Notes under the pieces: generated by a model
What the model was told of the DNA's origin: nothing
Seen by the model: the letters and a program-made list of their open reading frames with translations, nothing else
The model's database searches: none
Program-made: the position numbers and the translations under genes
Assembly: GCA_963575745.1 (NCBI GenBank)
Contig: CAUYUJ010000126.1
Coordinates: 434,001-498,000, forward strand
DNA: 64,000 nucleotides
Reading direction: 5' to 3'
Source: Prorocentrum cordatum
Taxonomy: Eukaryota
Shown here: piece by piece, positions 57,185 through 64,000 of the stretch
Layout of the letters: every line of letters starts with the position of its first letter
Position numbering within the stretch: the stretch's first letter is position 1

Positions 57185-58418
57185 AATCCCACCAGCCCTT
57201 TGGGCGTGAGTGGTTTAGAGAGCCCGCTCTGTCCTCAACCCCCCTTCTTCCCCTTCGGGGAAGGGTTTACCCCTCCCCCTACCCCCTCCCCCTGGGCCTG
57301 GAGAGGGCGGGCCGCGGGTCGTCAGGGGAGTCTTTTTCGACTCCTGGGAGGGCAAAAAAACGACGACCCTCACGAGGATTCTGGCCCCGAGGGGGGGGAA
57401 GGAGCTTGGCGCCTGAACTCGTCGTTGAAGAAAAAACATTGATTTTACTACGGTTTTGGCCCCATTTTGGCCTCCTGAGGGGGCCGCGCTTCTCTTCCCT
57501 CATAGCAAAATCATTGATTTTACAAAAGTTTTGGGCTCATTTTGTCCTTCTCAGGGGGCAGCTCTCCTTTGCGCTTCTGCGGAGGTCGCAAGAGGCCCCA
57601 AGATGGCCCCAAGAGGCCCCCAGGAGGCTCCCAAGAGGCCTCCAAGAGGCCCCCCAGAGGCCCCCAAGCAGCCCGGAGAGGCCCCCAAGAGGCCCCCAAG
57701 AGGCCCCCAAGAGGCCCCACGAGGCCCCAAGAGGCCCCCAAGAGGCCCCCAAGAGGCCCCCAAGAGGCCCACGACGCCCCAAGAGGCCCCCAAGAGGCCC
57801 CCAAGAGGCCCCCAAGAGGCCCCACGAGGCTCCAAGAGGCCCCCAAGAGGCCCCACGAGGAGCCCGAACGACTCACATCAGGACGAGGGGCCCGAACGAC
57901 TCACACCACGAAGAGCCCGAACGACTCACACCACAAGGAGGGGCCCGAACGACTCACACCAGGACGAGGCGCCCGAACGACTCACACCACGAGGAGCCCG
58001 AAGGACTCACACCACGACGCGGGCCCCGAACGACTCACACCACGAGGAGCCCGAACGAGTCACACCAGGAGGAGGAGAAGCCCGAACGACTCACACCAGG
58101 ACGAAGAGCCCGAACGACTCACACCACGAAGAGCCCGAACGACTCACACCAGGAAGAAGGGCCCGAACGACTCAGACCAGGACGAGAAACCCCAAACGAC
58201 TCAAACCACGAGGAGCGCTTTCTCTCCCTCCTCCTTCGCCTCGTCCTTCTCCCGCTCCCCCCACAAGGAGGATGTACAAGGAGGCGGGAGGAAGGAGGAA
58301 CAGGGGAGATATGCGGGGCCCGGCGGACACACGCCTGAAAAACACGACTGTCGGCATGCTTCGCGAGAGTTGTTGCTGTGAGATGGGCTGGTGGGGATAC
58401 GCGAAGCGTAAAGAATTT
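57185..58418 (+). mobile_element. Family Y element, complete: asymmetric TIRs plus 3' mini-hairpin; interior CCAAGAGGCCC 12-mers and GCCCGAACGACTCACACCA ~28-mers
   Basis: ATCCCACCAGCCC (57186-57198) versus GGGCTGGTGGGGAT (58385-58398), then ACGC-GAA-GCGT hairpin (58399-58409). Confidence 0.75.
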
Positions 58419-58494
58419 CAACCGACTGTGATGGATACCAACAATTTTAATACCAATTCCAACCAAACTGGTACGAATTCCAACCGTGTTGGAA

Positions 58495-58856
58495 GCTCCT
58501 TTAAGATTCCGTAGAGATTCCATAGGGGGGGTCCTTAGATATGCTTCTAAAGATTCCTTTACAGATTCCTCGGGTTCGTCAGGGGTTTGTCCAGGATTCC
58601 TCAGGCATTCGTCAAGGCTTGCTCTGGACTTCTCAGAGATTCCTCAAGGTTCAAAAGAGATTCCTCCGGAAATCGTCAAGGTTCCCCAGAGATTCCTCTT
58701 CCTCGCGATTCGTCAGAGATTCCTCACGATTCATAAGAGATTCCCATTCCTCCGCTTTCTTGGGGGGATTCCTTAGGATTCTGCAGAGATTCCTATGGAA
58801 TCCTTTGGGTTCCGCAGATCTGGGGATTCCTCAAGAATTCTTGAAGGATTCCTCAA
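58495..58856. repeat. Degenerate GATTCCT-type short repeat
   Basis: Recurrent AGATTCCTC/GGATTCCT. Confidence 0.7.
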
Positions 58857-59617
58857 TGTGTGTCCTGAAAAATGTCTGAACAACTTCTGGCACAAATTCC
58901 CCCCGCGCAGCGCTTGCTCACTCCCGTGTAGCTGCTCTGTGGACGTCACGTCTCTGTTCAAAGAACCACTGATTTCCTGTTGAATGCAGTTTGGAACCAG
59001 GAAACGGCTCATGCCTTCCAATTGAATTCCAATTGACACACATCTAGAACAGCAAGGAATGGAACAGTTTGCGTGCATCGGCACATCCCAAATTCGATGC
59101 ATGAGCCATACGCCAACATAACATGAAACGATGCCATTACCATGAAGCATTGAGACTTAAACAATCGATCAACGACTACATTCGGAATGCCAAGCCATAA
59201 CAAACAATAAAGCACAATACATCACAAACAAGCACACGAGAAATTGCGAAATCCCATGTGCACCTTGCACCGACCCCCACGCCATTCCCCGCATACCCTA
59301 GGGGTGTCATATGACTTGCGTTGTGCAGCTCGCGCACATGAAGCCTGCTTGCTGGTTCCATTTGACGAATGCCATTTCAGATGTGCACTATGAGCTTATC
59401 ACTAAGAGCTGTCTGATTTACAAATGGATATCCATACTGCAGATGGCTTCGAGCGCGGGGCCCCGCCCCACCTTTCCTCACACGAGGCAAGACAAAATGC
59501 TGCAGCACAGACTCAACACGCACGGTACACAACTAGGCCCAGCTGGGCCTCCGTTGCTCATCCAGAGTCGGCCGCTAGGGCCGCGTGCGCGTACACAGTC
59601 ACTACGATTAGCACTGA

Positions 59618-60181
59618 TCAAGAACAAAGACTGTGCGTCATTGAGGCTGGTGGCCCTGACGGGCTCAAAAAATCCCCAAACGTCTCATCCCTACTCGGCT
59701 CACGTGGCTCGCGGCCTGGCCGCCGCGGGCCGTCATATGATCTGGCCTCTCCAACCTCGCTCTGCATATCCATGCTCTCTTCCCTTTCTGGCAAGGTCTC
59801 GAGAAGAAGATCCGCCGGTGCCCTGGCCTCCTGGATCATCGTCTTGATGAACTTCAGCCGCTGGTCCTCGACTTCCTGGAGCTCCGGGTTCCCCCACTCG
59901 CGCAGATTCCCGATAGCAGTCTTGATCTCCTGGTTGACAGGCAGCTCCGTAGAGATGACACTCCACGTCTCCGAATCGGACGCGCCGAAGTCCTCGTATC
60001 CGTGTGATGGCGGGATCCTCAGACATGAGATCACGTCGAGCATGCCGTCCAGCATCTGCGACTCCCTGTTCTTCAGAATGACTGCGTACGCTGCGTCCGC
60101 CGTGCTTGTGGGCGTCAGCGTGATCTTCGTCTTGTTGTTGCGACCCTCGCACTCGCCGAACATGCAAAGGCTGGTCACCAC
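59618..60181 (-). CDS. Unknown ORF downstream of the Copia RNase H (in frame with 60182-60403 across a single TAG)
   Basis: 187-codon non-repetitive ORF with protein-like composition. Confidence 0.45.
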   Translation of the reverse strand: MVTSLCMFGECEGRNNKTKITLTPTSTADAAYAVILKNRESQMLDGMLDVISCLRIPPSHGYEDFGASDSETWSVISTELPVNQEIKTAIGNLREWGNPELQEVEDQRLKFIKTMIQEARAPADLLLETLPEREESMDMQSEVGEARSYDGPRRPGREPREPSRDETFGDFLSPSGPPASMTHSLCS

Positions 60182-60379
60182 CTAGTACGTCGTCCGTGTA
60201 TGGCGGACTGGTGCCACTCTTGCGCTCTCGAAGAGGCTCCTTGTCTCGCCCTCCGACAGCAGGCTCACGAACTTCACCCCAGCGGCAATGGCCCTTGGAA
60301 TCGCGACTTGTGTTCGCTCTGCTGGATTCCTGCTTAGACCGAGCCGAAAGTAGCTGACGACGGATCCGTTCCCGAGCTG

Positions 60380-61136
60380 CTGCTGCCATCGCCGCTGGCT
60401 CATCTGCTAATTGATATTCACCACTCGTCATCGTAGCTCTCATCATGTCGGCAGGTTCAGCCTGGTCCTTAGTTAGTATGTCAGCCAACTGCAGGGCCGA
60501 TGGTACTCACCGATAGCACAACCCAAGACGACGAACACTTCCTTTCGTAATCACTAGATCGACAGCAACCCGTTTATTAGTACACGACCCCGCACTCCCA
60601 CACCCCACGATCTGATCATACAGCGACTTGCAATCGGCGACGGCGATGGGGGTCAGGAGTGGAAGAAATTCAGCCCGACGACGAAGACAGAATTCACTGC
60701 TACTCCCCTTTAGTAGTAGACAGGATACCCCTTCTAGATGCCCAAGACCGTCCATTTGTGTTTGAGTTTCTGCGGCTAGGGTAGACGACGTCACACTACG
60801 CAGACGATAACTCTTCCAGACCAAGGGGCTCCAGCGGCTCAGCTTGTTGTGTAGCATCCTTTCGTCCGCGGCTGCAATGACATATCCAGCCTGGGTCCCC
60901 GACTTCGATGCATTCTGATTGGACGCGTCAGCGTGCATGATGACTCTCAATCTGTCAATGGGAATGGCCTTGATCTTCCACGAAAGATTTGAGAACTGCT
61001 TAGCTCGACGGACGATTGTGTTGCCGCGTCTCACCTCACCGACGGTCGGTCTCGGCATACATTGTTGACTCATGGATACCTGCACTGCTAGATCAAGCCT
61101 GGATTCTCGAGCTGGCCAGTTCCCGCTCCCAAGCAT
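60380..61136 (-). pseudogene. Copia RNase H
   Basis: HADAS, TQAGY, WKS, SSTLAAET, DCKSLYD and LADILTK motifs. Confidence 0.9.
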
Positions 61137-62020
61137 GGCCCTGAAGTTCGCAATCTCCTTGTCGGTCGCCGGGTCCCTGGGGGGGCTCGAGGTCTGACTC
61201 CTGCAGGTTTCATGCGTTCAGCGAACTCCTTCTGAGACGCGGTGATTCCCTTGGCCCTGGGATCTTGACTGATGTTTGAACCACAGAACTTGCCCTCATT
61301 GATCTTCCACTTCGGAAGCGGAAGCTGAGACCTGAGGTACTTGAGAAAGGCATCGTACTTACTACCTTTTCCTCCAGTTAGGATATCGTCCACGTGCGTG
61401 GCGATGAGACCGCACAGCCTGCGGCCCTCGAAAAGAAAGAACATGCACGGGTCCAGCTTCGACTGTCTCCAGCCCTCACTTTTACCAGTCGGTAGCCAGT
61501 CAAGGATCGAATTCTTGAACTTTCCCCACCATTGCGCTGGGGCATCATTGAAGCCGTAGATCGGCCTGATCACCTTCAGCAGCTGGTCTGGGCGCATCCC
61601 AGGCAGACCACCTCGAGGTTGTCGCAGTTAGAGGTCACCACCTTCGCGCTGGATCGGGTCGGCCTCCAGGAACGCACCCTCCACGTCGCCGATCTGGACC
61701 TGGAAGCCGCGGGGCGCCAGTAACTGGTACGCCACCGCCTTTCCGTTCTGAAATAACGTGGGAGAGGACGTCTTGTTCTCTCGCACCAGCGTCATCAGGT
61801 CGGGGTCCAGGTATCCTTGACTGCACAGGCGCGCCTTGACGATCTCCGACTCGGTGTCGTCGATCTTGCTGGTCAAAATCACCCTGCTTCCCACGATCCG
61901 CTCCCGTGTAGTCCGTCGCACTTCGTCTGACTTCACTCTATCCGGTGGCTCGAGTGCCTGCTTCACCTCGACCAGATTCGCCATCTCCTTCGCCACGCCT
62001 GCCAGGATCTTCTTCTCACC
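61088..62020 (-). pseudogene. Copia reverse transcriptase
   Basis: KARL..QGY.DPD, SPT, GDVEGAFL, IYGFNDAPAQW, DPCMF and HVDDIL. Confidence 0.92.
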
Positions 62021-62649
62021 CTCCGTGCTCAGCCACTTCGGGCCCTTCCGATTTATGTCACGTCGACCTCCAGCCAGTAGAGCGTCCTCAAGTTCTTCCT
62101 CCGGCTCTGGATTCACGTACAGCACTCTGAACTCCTCGTCGTCTTCCTCCGCAGCGATCACCACCAGGGAGTCCTGTTTCTCCGCGATGCGTGGCATCTT
62201 CAGAGGTGGCTCCTTGTCGATATGATCCTCCTGCTTGGGCGCCTTGGTCGGCCTGATCATCTCATCCGACACCGTCCTCTTACCGACGAGGCGGCGTCTC
62301 ACAGTATGCTGGTCCTGCTCCTCCGGGACCTCCTGACCGGTGACTTGCTCATCCGCCTGGCCATCTTCTGCGCTATGTTCAGACGCCGGCCCCTCTGTCT
62401 CCTGCGGCTGAGCAGGATCGGATACTGGCGCCTGCCGTGCACCACCTTCTCCGCCAGGAGGTCGTTCATCAGCCGTGATGTCCATGAAGCCGCGCTGCGG
62501 ACCCTGGCCGCCCATGAACTCCTTCGACAGTGCACGCAGTTCAGGTTGAACGCCCTCAGCAGCTAGCTTCTCCTCAGGCGTGGCCAAGCGCAGCTGCTCA
62601 GGAGCGGCTTTGATCACCACACCAGGCATGGCCACCCAGTAGTCACCCT

Positions 62650-63620
62650 TCACCGGTCCCAGAACGACAGCCGAGCCTCGCCAACGGGCGTGAGCCTTTT
62701 TACCCAGGACGCCTCGTCCACGTCGCCATACAACAACACGATCACCTGGTTGAAAGACGCGGCCAAGCCTCTGGGTCGGCTGTCCAGATCAACGCGAGCG
62801 GCTCGGTTGTCCAAATACTCTATCACGGCCTGACGAGCACATTGGCGACGCTTCTCCATCTCGGCAAACGGCTCGTCGCGCAGGGCTGCGCCGTTGACCA
62901 CCACATTCGGCGTCTCCTGCATCAGGTCGGGCGGCGCCTCCGGATTTCGGCCCAGAGCAGTATGGCATGGAGAGCGTCCGTGAACACGCAGGAGAGAGTT
63001 CTTGGCCATCACCACTGCTCTGACACACTCTGTCCAGCCGTCCTTGTTCGTTGGAGTGTTCTGGTCCAGTACCTTGTTGAGGATACCCTCAAACCAAGCA
63101 CCGTGGCATTCGACGTGACCCGCTTGTTCGTGAGCCTCACCGGCCGCGCCCATCACCTCGATGCCTTGCTTCTCGAAGGAGTCTGTAATGTCCTGCCCAA
63201 GGTTGATCCTCCCCGCGTCGCACTTCAGGAACTTGGGCGGCCCGTAGGGCATGCCCCAGCTGGTCTCGAAGATCTCCTTCAGCATCCCCCCCGCTTCCTG
63301 CTCGAAAAAGGGGGTCATCTGCTGAAGACCGCTACTCGAGCAGACCACGTGAAGAGCCTTGATCTTCATGCCCGTCTTCCAGCCGGAAAGTTCCTCATTG
63401 TCCATCTCCACCAGTCTCAATGGCGCGACCTCGGACGGAACCTTCACAGGCCGGGAGGGCCTGGGAAGCCTCCGCCCCTCGCAGACCGAGCATGAAAACC
63501 TCCGAGCCATCGCCATTGCCATCTCGCTGGCCTTCGCGTGCTTCAGGATGCGAACCATGTCCTCGTTGCTTGGGCGCCCCAGATTCGCGTGGAGCCTGCG
63601 CAATGACGATTCCAATGACA
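62650..63620 (-). pseudogene. Copia integrase (zinc finger plus DDE core)
   Basis: LRRLHANLGRPS...CSVC; VEMD; YGPP..LKCDAG; AHEQAGHVE; GRSP. Confidence 0.9.
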
Positions 63621-63699
63621 GCTTCCTTCTCTCCACGATCTCGGGATCCTCCGTCACTGAGAGCACCTCCGCGCAGTGCATGATGTCGTCCACTTCCAG

Positions 63700-64000
63700 C
63701 TGGCGCAGTATTGCCCCTGCGATCTTCTTGCTCAGCCCCATCGGGTACTTCTCGGAATATTCGCTTCCCCTGATGCCTTGCACGCGGTTCCAGCACCATT
63801 GAGGTTCGTGATTCCGACGACATCGCAGCTCCCGCATCACCCACTTCAGCGAGTCCGCGTTGGTTGCGACACACCACTCCTTCGACATCAGCATGTTCGA
63901 GACGGGATCGCGAAGTCCGACTCGACATCCACTCGCAGACACCATGTGGACCTCTTTCTCGTTGCACAGATTCCACGCGGGAGCGCAGCCCCAAGAATTC
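63700..64000 (-). other. Putative C-terminal part of a cytosine-C5 methyltransferase-like domain fused upstream of the integrase
   Basis: In-frame SW...GCRVGLRDP...KEW...TN...LRC...H...G...YPMGLSKKI; catalytic motifs would lie beyond the window edge. Confidence 0.5.

Larger units (their letters stand above)
59618..64000 (-). mobile_element. Ty1/Copia-type LTR retrotransposon internal region, frameshifted; runs off the window end; LTR not identified
   Basis: Domain order integrase-RT-RNase H on the minus strand. Confidence 0.93.

Noticed and set aside
58860..59480. 3' LTR and polypurine tract of the Copia element (GAGGAAAGGTGGGGCGGGG on the minus strand near 59461-59479)
   Set aside because: Plausible, but not followed by a clear TG start, and the 5' LTR needed for comparison is outside the window

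Overview
GC-rich, repeat-dominated eukaryotic genomic DNA, almost certainly from a dinoflagellate. The evidence is a 21/22-nt match to the dinoflagellate spliced leader (DinoSL), a second relic SL, and introns with GC/GA donors and AG|G acceptors. A Prorocentrum-like genome is my inference only. Most long six-frame ORFs are artefacts of microsatellites, satellites and high GC. Supported content: (i) a five-exon RRM-protein gene (-, 22035-23842) preceded by a relic SL, and two exons of an ESF2/ABT1 gene (-, 54781-55993); (ii) an apparently full-length but decayed APE-RT-RNase H LINE whose 5' end is a complete DinoSL (about 11900-18285); (iii) a same-orientation stack of five non-LTR elements from two families, mostly separated by a 13-bp satellite (26340-38720); (iv) at least three families of non-autonomous, tandem-repeat-filled elements with asymmetric terminal inverted repeats (Helitron2/Helentron-HINE-like), one in a head-to-tail trimer and one cleanly inserted without a TSD; (v) a decayed Ty1/Copia pol with a probable cytosine-methyltransferase-like segment before the integrase and an extra ORF after RNase H; (vi) multi-kb (ACT)n/(AGT)n tracts and 11-, 89- and 101-bp satellites. 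All family assignments come from motif reading by eye; no searches were run.
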